IMG/VR virus record: IMGVR_UViG_3300036770_004813
Coordinates: 1,482-65,481 of that record
DNA: 64,000 nt
Reading direction: 5' to 3' (one strand)
From: a virus
Lineage: Duplodnaviria > Caudoviricetes
Notes under the pieces: generated by a model
Told to the model about the DNA's origin: nothing
Seen by the model: only the letters and a program-made list of their open reading frames with translations
Databases searched by the model: none
Translations under genes and position numbers: made by a program
In this document: one piece after another, positions 1-8,756 of the stretch
How the letters are laid out: each line of letters begins with the position of its first letter
Numbering within the stretch: the stretch's first letter is position 1

Positions 1-305
1 TAGGGTGGCGGCTTGCGCGGCTGGTGTGCCACGTAGAGGCTTGGGAAGGATTTTGCCTGATGGGAGCTGGGCTGTCAGGTCACAGAGGGGGCCCAGTGCG
101 GTAGAGACCGCCGGCAGCCGTGCGGCTAGCAAAAGCGCTTCGGCGTCAGTCTCGGCAATTATGCGCATGTGGATGGATCGGGGCCCGGATTAGGGTAGGG
201 CACTCCTCTGTTACAGATTGCATTGGACGATGCCTTCAAAACGTGAACTGAGATGCTAAGGTCGGTCCAGGTCTGGAAACGGACCCGTCACCCAGCGAAA
301 ACACT

Positions 306-1532
306 ATGACCAGCACACTCGCCCCAAGGCAGCAGCGGGCATCCTTGCCGGTGGTCTCCAAGGAGGTCACTCAAGAGCTGGAAAGCTCAACCCGGCTGGC
401 AAGCGCCGCGTTCTCTGCTGCAACTGGCAGCAACTCGATCACCGCAGCCATTGAGCTTGCGCAAGGCATTGAAGAACTAAGGAACCTCTTCTCACGGCCT
501 GAGATCCAAGCCCGTGTCCAGGCCCTGCAGGATACGGCCCTTGGCTTTCGCACAGACAAGGATCCAAACGTCCTCAACAGAAAAACCAATCAGCCAAACA
601 AGCCTTATCCGTATGAGGTTGTCAAAGATGCCGTGATTGAGGCCCTCTTGCGTGGTCTGCAGTTAGTCGGCAATCAGTTCAACATCATCGCCGGACGCTT
701 CTACTGCACCAAGGAGGGTTTCGAGTCGCTCATTCGCTCCCAACCTGCCGTCACCAATTTTAAGCTCAAAATTGGCGTGCCACAGGCCAAAAACGGTGGT
801 GTTGTTGTGCAGTGCTCAGCAACCTGGAAGCAGGGTGGCGAGACCGCCGACCTTGAGGCAGAAATTCCAGTCAAGAGCAATGACAGCTCTACTGCTGATC
901 AGCTGATCGGTAAGGCAACACGGAAGTTTTTGTCCCGCTGCTATCAGCAGATGACAGGCAACACGATGCCTGATGGTGAGGCAGAGGCTGAGGTTTCTAC
1001 CGTCAGCGTGACTGGTGTTGCCATGGGAGCCCCGAGGATGGCCCCTGCCGCGATTGCCCCGGCTGCTGCAGTGCCTGTCCCGACCCTTACGACAGAGCAG
1101 CAAGAGCAGGTCTTGACGGCCATTGAACGGCAGCTCACACCCGTTGGCCAAGCTGCGTTTCTGGCGGATGTAGCTCAATGCTTTGGCGTCTCGGATCTGC
1201 CCGAAGTGCCAGCCGATCAATTTTCGGGAATCATGCAAGGCCTTGCCAATGCAGGAAGCCGCGAACGTTGGAATCGTGGTTGCGCATCGGGTGATGGCGA
1301 ACTGATCCTCTCTGATGAGGAAATCGCAGAACTGCAACCACCTGCAGAGCCCGAGGCGGCGCCCGAGCCTGAACCTGAGCCCGTACAGGAGGCCCCTGCC
1401 CTCACCCCAACCCGCACCGCAGCAGCACGGAATACGGTTGTACGCCGTACCCAAGCCGCTCAGCCCGCCCAGCCCGCAGCCGAGCCCCAAGGGGAAAACT
1501 CTGATGAGGCCCTGCAATCGGAGCTGGTCTGA
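306..1532 (+). CDS. Putative single-strand annealing recombinase (RecT/Redbeta-like) with Pro/Ala/Glu-rich C-terminal tail
   Basis: GLQLVGNQFNIIAGRFYCTKEGF resembles the RecT/Bet core; same operon as a RecE-like exonuclease; CACCCAGCGA leader at 289-298. Confidence 0.55.
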   Translation: MTSTLAPRQQRASLPVVSKEVTQELESSTRLASAAFSAATGSNSITAAIELAQGIEELRNLFSRPEIQARVQALQDTALGFRTDKDPNVLNRKTNQPNKPYPYEVVKDAVIEALLRGLQLVGNQFNIIAGRFYCTKEGFESLIRSQPAVTNFKLKIGVPQAKNGGVVVQCSATWKQGGETADLEAEIPVKSNDSSTADQLIGKATRKFLSRCYQQMTGNTMPDGEAEAEVSTVSVTGVAMGAPRMAPAAIAPAAAVPVPTLTTEQQEQVLTAIERQLTPVGQAAFLADVAQCFGVSDLPEVPADQFSGIMQGLANAGSRERWNRGCASGDGELILSDEEIAELQPPAEPEAAPEPEPEPVQEAPALTPTRTAAARNTVVRRTQAAQPAQPAAEPQGENSDEALQSELV

Positions 1533-1792
1533 TGATGTTGCTCACGATTGTTTTTGTAGGGCTGGCCGGCATCATTGCCGGTTACGCCCTAGCTCCTCAG
1601 GTCAGCAAAGCACTGTTGTTCAGGGCCTATTGCAAGGGCAAGCTCTCGGCACAGGCCCACCGTAACGATGAGATCGTTCAGTTACAGCGTAGGGTCTGGA
1701 GGTTGGAGGCCATCACCCGGCGCATAGGGCAACCCTCAACGCTTGGCTGCAGTGTTGGCGGCATAAAGCGTATTGAAGAGGACAAGGCATGA
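1532..1792 (+). CDS. Small membrane-anchored hypothetical protein
   Basis: N-terminal hydrophobic helix; start and stop overlap both neighbours. Confidence 0.6.
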   Translation: MMLLTIVFVGLAGIIAGYALAPQVSKALLFRAYCKGKLSAQAHRNDEIVQLQRRVWRLEAITRRIGQPSTLGCSVGGIKRIEEDKA

Positions 1793-2637
1793 TCAACAGT
1801 AGTGCCGTCGCCACAAATCAACCGCTCCCGTATAACCGGGAGCCCCTCCTAACAGCAGCAGAGGAAATCGAGCTGGCCAAGGCCATACAGATCGGGCAGG
1901 CAAAAGATGCCACCCCATTGCAAAAGCGAAGGGCTGAGCGTGCAAAGCGTCGCATGATCCGCGCAAATATGCGGCTCGTTATGGTCGTTGCCCACAAGCT
2001 TTGGCGCACGCATAAGTGCACATCCATGACCGTGGACGATCTTGTGCAAGAGGGAACATTTGGCCTCAAGCGTGCGGCTGAACTATTTGATCCGACACGA
2101 GGTTACAAGTTTTCAACTTATGCCTACGGATGGATTAATCAAGCCCTTAGACGTGCCATGAGCTGCCAGGATCGGGTTATCCGCTTGCCGCTTCATGTGC
2201 AGGATCAAATCTCCAGGTTTCGCCGTGTTTCACGGGAGATGGGCCCATCGGCTGACCCGGCTGATATTGCCAAGGCCGCAAACGCCAAACCCGAAACCCT
2301 TCAACTTGCTACATCATCCATCGGGTTGATTTCGCTTAATCAACTGCAAAGGGATATTTGCAAAGGCATTGAAATTGGCGATTCAGTAGCAGCACCTGAA
2401 GACACAAGCTATCTCGATGAGTTGGGATGGGACGAAGATGATATTAGGACACGGCTTTTGCCAGTCCTAAACGAAACAGAGCGTCAAGTTATTTGCTGGG
2501 TATTTGGTCTTAATGATGGCTCTGAAAAGAGTCTAGCGTTTGCAGCAAAGCAGCTTAACGTCAGTCGGCAGACAATACATACAACTATGCGCCGTGCAAT
2601 AAATAAACTAAAGCTAGTTGCACATCAGCAAAGGTGA
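1789..2637 (+). CDS. RNA polymerase sigma-70 factor, RpoD/group-2-like
   Basis: LLTAAEEIELA (region 1.2), ANMRLV, DLVQEGTFGLKRAAELFDPTRGYKFSTYAYGWINQA (2.2-2.4), IRLPLH, C-terminal HTH. Confidence 0.95.
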   Translation: MINSSAVATNQPLPYNREPLLTAAEEIELAKAIQIGQAKDATPLQKRRAERAKRRMIRANMRLVMVVAHKLWRTHKCTSMTVDDLVQEGTFGLKRAAELFDPTRGYKFSTYAYGWINQALRRAMSCQDRVIRLPLHVQDQISRFRRVSREMGPSADPADIAKAANAKPETLQLATSSIGLISLNQLQRDICKGIEIGDSVAAPEDTSYLDELGWDEDDIRTRLLPVLNETERQVICWVFGLNDGSEKSLAFAAKQLNVSRQTIHTTMRRAINKLKLVAHQQR

Positions 2638-3029
2638 TGGCTATGAAATTTCCTGTTATCACAGTTGCAACGCTTAGGGAAATTATAAATAGTTGGCCTG
2701 ATCACGGTTCAGGCAGTCCTAGCCTAGTGATGCTTGGCAGCACCCACTCTGATCTGGGAGAGGCTCCATTGCCTGCGGTTTCTGCAGCACCGTTGAACCT
2801 AGATGGTTCAGCAGAAGATCACCTGATGATCTTTCCTGCTAAAACGTGCATTGAAGTAAAGGGTGCTAATGATGATACTGATGTTTTAGATGTTGCCTTA
2901 GCAGCTCTTACTTATGGCCCATCATGCACGATAGATAGTTACGACCCATTCGTAGAGAATGCTTTGCGGATTCGTGCAGTAAATGCAATTATGGCAGCTC
3001 GATCCATAAAGCGGAAGTTTAGGCTATGA
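2634..3029 (+). CDS. Hypothetical protein
   Basis: 131-aa ORF overlapping the sigma-factor stop codon. Confidence 0.55.
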   Translation: MMAMKFPVITVATLREIINSWPDHGSGSPSLVMLGSTHSDLGEAPLPAVSAAPLNLDGSAEDHLMIFPAKTCIEVKGANDDTDVLDVALAALTYGPSCTIDSYDPFVENALRIRAVNAIMAARSIKRKFRL

Positions 3030-3076
3030 TCAGCCCAAGTCCAGACAAGGACTCATTCCACCCAGCGACTCCACCT

Positions 3077-3271
3077 ATGCCAACCGTTGAGCAAGCCGTA
3101 GCGCTTGACCTCCTAGCAGATGTTGAGCAGGTCGCACAAGAGGCAGAGCAGGCTTGCCTTTGGCTATCCCGTGCACGTCACGATCTCCAGCCCGACTCTG
3201 TTGCACGTTTGCAAACTGCCCTCTGCCGGCTCGAAACGGCAGCCACCCACCTTCACCACATCACCCGATGA
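3077..3271 (+). CDS. Hypothetical helical protein (start probably ATG 3077)
   Basis: TATGAT box, AGTCC/GGACT hairpin and CACCCAGCGA (3059-3068) precede ATG 3077; ATGA overlap with next gene. Confidence 0.55.
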   Translation: MPTVEQAVALDLLADVEQVAQEAEQACLWLSRARHDLQPDSVARLQTALCRLETAATHLHHITR

Positions 3272-4374
3272 CAGCCACCATTTCCGCTCCCTTGGCCACT
3301 GTTGCGCCACGGGCTCCAGGCCTTCTCACCGAATCCGAGTGGGAGGAAAAATACGGGCTAAAGCTCTCTGAGCATCCCCAGTGCTTTACCCGCCTTCCAC
3401 GGCAGGCTTACGACGATCTCCCCGGTATCAACGCTTCCCTCACAAAGGAAGTGGTGGACAAGACCGCAGCCCATGCCAAGGCCTTGTTTGATCCCGACCG
3501 TGAAAAGGTCGATAACGCAGCCTTTTTGCAGGGCAACCTTGCTCACTGCCAGACCCTCGAATGGGACTGTTATGAAGAGCGATACGTTGTCCTGCCAGAG
3601 GACGCACCAAAGAGGCCCACAGAGAAGCAGTTGACGCCTCCCAAGCCAGGCCGCAACGGTGAGATAAACACCGCCACCAAGGCGTATGACGCATGGGCGG
3701 AAGCCAAGCAACGCGAGGACTGGTGGTTGGAATTTGAGCAGCAATTCCCCTGTCAGGAGAAAATCTCTGCTACAGATCATGCAATCGGTCTAAAGCTGGC
3801 CAATGCAATCCTGCGGCACCCTGCACTAGGCCCACGGTTTGACCGTACAGACATCAACCGGGCAGGCAATGAGATCACCCTGACGTGGATCGACTCGCTC
3901 TCTGGTGCACGCCTCAAGGCTCGCCTAGACGCCGTGAGGTTTATGGGCGATCACATCTGGATAGGTGATGTGAAGACTGCGCAGGATGCTGGCCCAGGTC
4001 AAGATCATTTTGGCCGTGCTGCTGCAAACTTTGGTTACATCATTCAGGCTGCCTTCTATCGTGATGCGGTTTACTTTTGTAAGAGTGCTATTGCCCGTGC
4101 CCTTGGGCTGGATGAGATCAACCTGCTAGGGCTGCCCATTGTTTACGAATGGATTGCCGTAGAGAAAGCAGCGCCACGGCCTGAATTTATTGGTCGCTAC
4201 CTGCTCACTGAAGAGCAAGAAACGCTAGGCCGTCAGCTTGCACGGAAGGCCATTGATGCCATCGTTCAGGCGCAAGTGACCGGCTACTGGCCCGGTTATG
4301 ACACCGCAGCAACACCGCTGCAGATCCCTGGTTATGCCTATCAGAAGATGCTCCGCCAACTGGAGGAGACATGA
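3268..4374 (+). CDS. RecE/exonuclease VIII-like PD-(D/E)XK nuclease (DUF3799-like)
   Basis: GINAS, GNLAHC, E-ITLTW, KARLD...GDVKT, YIIQAAFY, WPGY motifs; ATG 3268 coupled to upstream stop. Confidence 0.85.
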   Translation: MTATISAPLATVAPRAPGLLTESEWEEKYGLKLSEHPQCFTRLPRQAYDDLPGINASLTKEVVDKTAAHAKALFDPDREKVDNAAFLQGNLAHCQTLEWDCYEERYVVLPEDAPKRPTEKQLTPPKPGRNGEINTATKAYDAWAEAKQREDWWLEFEQQFPCQEKISATDHAIGLKLANAILRHPALGPRFDRTDINRAGNEITLTWIDSLSGARLKARLDAVRFMGDHIWIGDVKTAQDAGPGQDHFGRAAANFGYIIQAAFYRDAVYFCKSAIARALGLDEINLLGLPIVYEWIAVEKAAPRPEFIGRYLLTEEQETLGRQLARKAIDAIVQAQVTGYWPGYDTAATPLQIPGYAYQKMLRQLEET

Positions 4375-4377
4375 CCA

Positions 4378-4590
4378 GTGCGCTCCCGATTCAGCCTAAC
4401 AAATGCCGAAATGGCGGCTGCATTAAGCATCAGCACCAAAACACTGAAGCGTATGCGGCAGGCTGGCTTCTTTAGGCCCGGTACTCATTTTGTGCTGGCT
4501 GGTTCGGGAGCAATTCGGCAAACCTATCGCTGGGATCCGCAAACTACAGTAGCGGCCCTAGAGATCAAAACTCGCAAACTTGTTCACTAA
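4378..4590 (+). CDS. Excisionase-like (MerR/Xis-type HTH) protein
   Basis: LTNAEMAAALSISTKTLKRMR...PGTHF...YRWD; small and basic; near the integrase. Confidence 0.7.
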   Translation: MRSRFSLTNAEMAAALSISTKTLKRMRQAGFFRPGTHFVLAGSGAIRQTYRWDPQTTVAALEIKTRKLVH

Positions 4591-4604
4591 TTTCTGGAGG
4601 TTTT

Positions 4605-5051
4605 ATGGCAACGGATGAGCAGTGGCGCCTCGTTGAATGGGATCAGGATGCGACAAGCTCTTGCATTCTGGAGCTTCGCGGCAGGGTCGAAGCGTTGGAG
4701 GCGAACATGAACGGCATCGCCTGGGCATTTGATCAACATGCCGCTAAGTGGCAACAGGATGCGGAATCTGAAAACCTGCGGCAGCAGGATGAGGATGTGG
4801 AGCGGGTCGCCAACTTCAAACCAACTCCCAATGATCTCGATCTCCAAATTAGGAGTTCAGCCCCTGCTGTTGGGCTGGTGGAGATGCTTGCAGATGTTTG
4901 GGTTGAAGGCAAGCCCTTGCGTCCTACCGCCCGTCGCGCAGCTATTCGCAAGGTGGCGAAGTGGTTGGAGCAGCAGCAGGAAGTGCCGATTGGAAGCACC
5001 GCCAGCGCCGACTACTTTGCCGCCATGCTGCGCGAGGAGGCCGACCAATGA
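4605..5051 (+). CDS. Hypothetical mosaic protein
   Basis: GGAGG RBS; ATGA-coupled to next ORF. Confidence 0.65.
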   Translation: MATDEQWRLVEWDQDATSSCILELRGRVEALEANMNGIAWAFDQHAAKWQQDAESENLRQQDEDVERVANFKPTPNDLDLQIRSSAPAVGLVEMLADVWVEGKPLRPTARRAAIRKVAKWLEQQQEVPIGSTASADYFAAMLREEADQ

Positions 5052-5197
5052 CCGATCGCATCTTCACAGCATCGCTCATCGCGCTTTTTGCCTTTGCTGC
5101 AGTGATCCTATGGGCCATGTTTCATACTGCCGCTGATTGCCACAGCACTGGCGGCACTGTCGTTCGTGGCATGTTCTGGCTGGAGTGCATTCGATGA
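5048..5197 (+). CDS. Small membrane protein
   Basis: MTDRIFTASLIALFAFAAVILWAMF; GAGG RBS; ATGA overlap. Confidence 0.55.
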   Translation: MTDRIFTASLIALFAFAAVILWAMFHTAADCHSTGGTVVRGMFWLECIR

Positions 5198-5297
5198 CAG
5201 ACCCCACAGCCTGCGCAAATAGCCAACTTTTTGCAGAAACAGTAAAAGTAATCGCATGGGCAGTCGTTGTTTGTTTCCTTGTTTGGAGACTTGCAAA

Positions 5298-5618
5298 ATG
5301 ATCACCGAAACCCACTACGAATGGGAGCTACAGCAGGAAGTGCCGATCGCGGCCACCCTATGGGACATCATTCCGAAACAAGCTGCGGAAGGAGGCCAAC
5401 CGATGAGCACCCTCTCCCCCGCCGATCAAATTATGATCGCCGTCGATCATGTCTACCAAGCCCACGGAGATGATCCCCCGACCCGTGCCGTAGCCGCTGC
5501 TGTCCTTGCGGCTGCAGCGGATCAGGTGGTGCCAGTTGATCGCCGTAGCCGTAGGCAATGCAATATCCGCTCCGGCTTCCTCGCCATCGCCGCCGAGCTG
5601 GGGGGGCAGCAACCATGA
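5298..5618 (+). CDS. Hypothetical protein (possible internal start at 5403)
   Basis: GGAG upstream of 5298, GGAGG upstream of 5403; ATGA overlap at the end. Confidence 0.55.
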   Translation: MITETHYEWELQQEVPIAATLWDIIPKQAAEGGQPMSTLSPADQIMIAVDHVYQAHGDDPPTRAVAAAVLAAAADQVVPVDRRSRRQCNIRSGFLAIAAELGGQQP

Positions 5619-5842
5619 CCGCTGCACCGCCTCCCGCTGATCGCTTCCGCCTTGGTGACATTTGGCGTTCTCCGAGAGGGAAGAATTGGAAGGTCGAAAA
5701 GATCCACCACGTAAAAGGTGCGTTTCTGCGGGCCATGCACAACCGCCACACAACTCAATGGCGCGATGAATGGGCAACCGGCGCTGACATGCTCAGCGCC
5801 TGGGAACGCACTTATTCGGGTTCACAGGAGCTAACACCATGA
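5615..5842 (+). CDS. Hypothetical protein
   Basis: ATGA-coupled on both sides. Confidence 0.55.
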   Translation: MTAAPPPADRFRLGDIWRSPRGKNWKVEKIHHVKGAFLRAMHNRHTTQWRDEWATGADMLSAWERTYSGSQELTP

Positions 5843-5967
5843 CCCCCCTCCACCTACAACACGAACTGGACCGTCGCCTGTCAAAAGCAAAGACAACAGA
5901 GGAGAGGGTCAAGGCCCTGGAATTTATCCTGCGACTTGCACTGAAAGAACTGGAGGCGAAACCATGA
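5839..5967 (+). CDS. Small hypothetical protein (42 aa, MTPLHLQHELDRRL...)
   Basis: Read by hand; CAGGAG RBS; ATGA overlaps on both sides. Confidence 0.5.
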   Translation: MTPLHLQHELDRRLSKAKTTEERVKALEFILRLALKELEAKP

Positions 5968-6653
5968 CTGATTGGCGAGCGCTGTGTGCTGAGCTGCTAG
6001 AAGCGTGGGATAGCTACGGCAGCGGCGGGGATGCTTGGGATCGAGCCCGCGCTGCCCTGGCCAAGCCTGAACCGGAGGGGCCGAGTGATGAAGTAAAGGG
6101 ATTGCATGGCAAGTTCATTATCCATAAAGCGAACGGCGAACCAGTCAAATATCCTTGCTTCGTGTTAAGAATTGACGGTAAAGACGCCGCAGCTATTTCA
6201 GCTTTTCGAGCTTATGCTATCGCCACAGAAGACACCAAGCTTAGGCAGGATATGCTTGAGTTGATCTCACCACTAGCCCAGCCCGAGCCGGAGGGGCCGA
6301 GTGATAAAGAACTAGATCATTGGATCATGGCTCAACCTCATCAGCAATGGGTCCCTAAAGCGACAGATCCAATCCGCTGTCATGAGTTAGATCAGCATGA
6401 ACTGCGAGATTTTGCCCGCGCCGTCCTCGCCCGCTGGGGCCGCCCCGCCATCCAGCCGGTGCCGGTTACTGAGCGACTGCCGGGGCCGGAGGATTGTGAT
6501 GAGGAGGGGAGGTGTTGGTGGGGATACACCGAAAGCGGGAATTGTGCTTACACCCAATGGCAGTTAAAACGGCAGGTGGACAGATGGGGTAGCGAATTGA
6601 CATGGCTCCCCCACCACGCCCTGCCGGTGCCCACCAGCCAGGAGGCACCATAA
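5964..6653 (+). CDS. Modular hypothetical protein (RALCAE / PEPEG / DFARAVLARW / WLPHHALPVP family)
   Basis: GGAGG RBS; shares blocks with 6650-7027 and 49216-49566. Confidence 0.75.
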   Translation: MTDWRALCAELLEAWDSYGSGGDAWDRARAALAKPEPEGPSDEVKGLHGKFIIHKANGEPVKYPCFVLRIDGKDAAAISAFRAYAIATEDTKLRQDMLELISPLAQPEPEGPSDKELDHWIMAQPHQQWVPKATDPIRCHELDQHELRDFARAVLARWGRPAIQPVPVTERLPGPEDCDEEGRCWWGYTESGNCAYTQWQLKRQVDRWGSELTWLPHHALPVPTSQEAP

Positions 6654-7022
6654 CCAATCCGAAGATGCCAACAGAGGACGATATGAACGACCTGGCAGAC
6701 GACCTGCTGGGGATCGTGCTGCCCGAGGGCTCCGGCGCCAGGCTGATTACGCGAGCCCTAGAGCTGTGGGGTCGCCCCGCCATCAAGCCGGTGCCGGTCG
6801 CTGAGCGACTGCCGGGGGTGGAGGATTGCTTTCCTGGCGATTGCGGGCAGCGTAGTTACAAGTGCTGGGCACAGCAATATCACACCGACAGCAATGGCGA
6901 GCCGTTGCAGACCGTAGCTGAGGCCTGGGATCTGGTCGATTACCGACTGCTGGCCAGGTGCCGCAGATGGTATTACGCATGGCTCCCCCACCACGCCCTG
7001 CCGGTGCCCACCAGCCAGGAGG
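6601..7022 (+). repeat. Exact 45-bp direct repeat (6601-6645 and 6978-7022), plus an imperfect ~63-bp repeat (about 6434-6496 and 6766-6828)
   Basis: CATGGCTCCCCCACCACGCCCTGCCGGTGCCCACCAGCCAGGAGG occurs twice. Confidence 0.95.
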
Positions 7023-7027
7023 ACTAA
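6650..7027 (+). CDS. Second modular-family protein (ATA 6650 or ATG 6665 start)
   Basis: WGRPAIKPVPVAERLPGVEDC...WLPHHALPVPTSQE. Confidence 0.65.
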   Translation: MTNPKMPTEDDMNDLADDLLGIVLPEGSGARLITRALELWGRPAIKPVPVAERLPGVEDCFPGDCGQRSYKCWAQQYHTDSNGEPLQTVAEAWDLVDYRLLARCRRWYYAWLPHHALPVPTSQED

Positions 7028-8223
7028 TCCAACCCCTGTAACCCCGCCACCTTCTCCAACAACTTCGGCTGATCCAACCGTCTGCCATAGGTGCTCAGAT
7101 GCACAGCAGGGCTATGACCCATCAGCTCGGCACATTCCCGCACCGATAAGCCCATCTCAATTCCGAGCCGTAGTGCAAAGGCATGGCGCAGGCCGTAGGG
7201 CACCAGCTCCGCCCTGAGCTTGCCCGTTGCATCCTTCTGGCCTTTCAGCCGTGCCAGTTGCTTCGCCAGGATCTCCCCAGGCGATTCAGCACCAACCACC
7301 GCTGCAGGCAACCCATATTCCTGCCACCGCAACAGCAGCCCATGGCAATCAGACGGCCATCCCCTAGGCGGCACTGCTGGCACCTGTCTACGGCCCACGC
7401 TGCCCCTTGAGCTGCGCTTCTCTCGTTGCACCGTGACCACCAGCAACCGGCCCTGCTGTGCAACCTGGAGGCCCTGCAGTTCAGCAGGCCGCAGGCCGAA
7501 CACAATCAAGCAATCCCAGGCCACTAGATCAGCAGCGGTGAGCCTGCTCCTGCTGATCCGCTCGCGCAGTTCCTCAATCTCCTCATCGGTGAAGGCCATC
7601 ACACCTTCAGGATGTGCAGCGGCCCTGCCATTCCCGCGCAGGGGAGCCAACCCATCGGGCCATGGCCAGCCAGCTTCTTTCCATAGCCTGCGGAAACGAT
7701 CGTGGGCCATCTGCCGTGCCCTGCTATTTGGCTCCCACTGCCGCAACGTGGTTGTCAGGAGCGTCAAGTCATCAGGCCAGGTCTGTTTGCCTGCCACCTT
7801 CTCCAGAGCCTTCAGATAGGGCAGATAGGTGCGCTCCCAGGTGCGCTCGCTGATCCGCTCACCAACAACAGCAAACCGCAGGTTCTCCCTCGCCCTCGCC
7901 AGCACCGCAGGAGACAACCGACCCGGATCCTCTGCTGAGGGTGCCAACGGATCAGGCCATTGCCAAGAGCCAGCTATCACGGCATCAAAGATCAGGCACG
8001 CCTCGGCCAGTGCTGCCGCTGCCGTGGATGGCCCTGGAGGGGTGCTGAGCAGCAGTGCCCTTTGAGCCGGTGCCCCCTTGCCCTCCCCAGGCCTTGGTGG
8101 CAGCTCAGATGAGAGGAGTTGCAGCCGATCACGCAATAGCCGCAGGAACCACCCAGGCCGCCCCTGGCGATGCCTCTTGAACTGCCTTGATAGGTCCGCT
8201 AACCAGTCCTGTCTTTTCGCCAT
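7024..8223 (-). CDS. int: Tyrosine recombinase / phage integrase
   Basis: FGLRPAEL (Arg), YGLRHAFA (H/Y-x-x-R box), MGHSPAVHLSTY (His, Tyr); adjacent tRNA-derived att core. Confidence 0.93.
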   Translation of the reverse strand: MAKRQDWLADLSRQFKRHRQGRPGWFLRLLRDRLQLLSSELPPRPGEGKGAPAQRALLLSTPPGPSTAAAALAEACLIFDAVIAGSWQWPDPLAPSAEDPGRLSPAVLARARENLRFAVVGERISERTWERTYLPYLKALEKVAGKQTWPDDLTLLTTTLRQWEPNSRARQMAHDRFRRLWKEAGWPWPDGLAPLRGNGRAAAHPEGVMAFTDEEIEELRERISRSRLTAADLVAWDCLIVFGLRPAELQGLQVAQQGRLLVVTVQREKRSSRGSVGRRQVPAVPPRGWPSDCHGLLLRWQEYGLPAAVVGAESPGEILAKQLARLKGQKDATGKLRAELVPYGLRHAFALRLGIEMGLSVRECAELMGHSPAVHLSTYGRRLDQPKLLEKVAGLQGLD

Positions 8224-8228
8224 GGGTT

Positions 8229-8508
8229 TTGACTCACCCGAGTCAAATTTGAGTCAAATCCTGACCCATCGTGGTCGTTTTTGACCCTTTTTGACCCATG
8301 TTTGCGTGATCCGGCAACCCTGCAGGGCAGCTCGAAACCCAGTCAGAACAGGGCTAAATCCCAGTGGTACTAGGGTTTTTGATTAACGCCCCCTGCTGGA
8401 TTCGAACCAGCGACCGGCTGCTTAGAAGGCTAAAGGTTTATGCCTGGAACCCTTGCACTGCAGTGCTTTTGAGGCTTGAGTCGAGGGAGGAAGTCAAAAG
8501 TGAGTCAA
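8229..8508. mobile_element. attP: core matches the 3' half of tRNA-Arg(UCU) (8387-8430, minus strand), flanked by arm-type repeats
   Basis: Minus strand GCCTTCTAAGCAGCCGGTCGCTGGTTCGAATCCAGCAGGGGGCG has a TCT anticodon loop, T-arm and acceptor 3' strand; (T)GAGTCAA/TTGACCC repeats at 8229-8297 and 8477-8508. Confidence 0.88.
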
Positions 8509-8519
8509 GCGAGCAACAA

Positions 8520-8756
8520 TTAAAGCTGTGACTGATTTTGCGCAGTTTCATTCTCTTTGCGCAATTTAGGATTATACGTTTCGTACCCCACCTTAAATCC
8601 ACCCCCTGCCGCGCCACCGATACCCATAATTGGCAGCCCAGTTAGCCAGCATTCTGTAGCCTTGTTACCCGATAAGCGACAGTCCAAGATGTAGCCAGCT
8701 CCTGCAAGTGCTGACATCATTGAAACGCTAAAAATTGCGGTGATAATAGGATTCAT
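8520..8756 (-). CDS. Small two-TM membrane protein (holin candidate)
   Basis: Two hydrophobic segments, charged C-terminus, end of late operon. Confidence 0.45.
   Translation of the reverse strand: MNPIITAIFSVSMMSALAGAGYILDCRLSGNKATECWLTGLPIMGIGGAAGGGFKVGYETYNPKLRKENETAQNQSQL

Noticed and set aside
3154-3267. Longer start for the RecE-like gene
   Set aside because: Overlaps the upstream ORF; ATG 3268 forms a standard ATGA coupling
6434-7022. Diversity-generating retroelement template/variable repeat pair
   Set aside because: No reverse transcriptase in the window; repeats are identical or differ at non-adenine positions
8405-8416. Complementarity between the tRNA T-arm (GGUCGCUGG) and the CCAGCGA leader motif
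   Set aside because: Only 7-9 nt, and that tRNA segment is paired in the folded tRNA; likely chance
8387-8430. Complete tRNA gene
   Set aside because: Only the anticodon loop to 3' acceptor strand is present; no D-arm or 5' acceptor strand, so it is an att core
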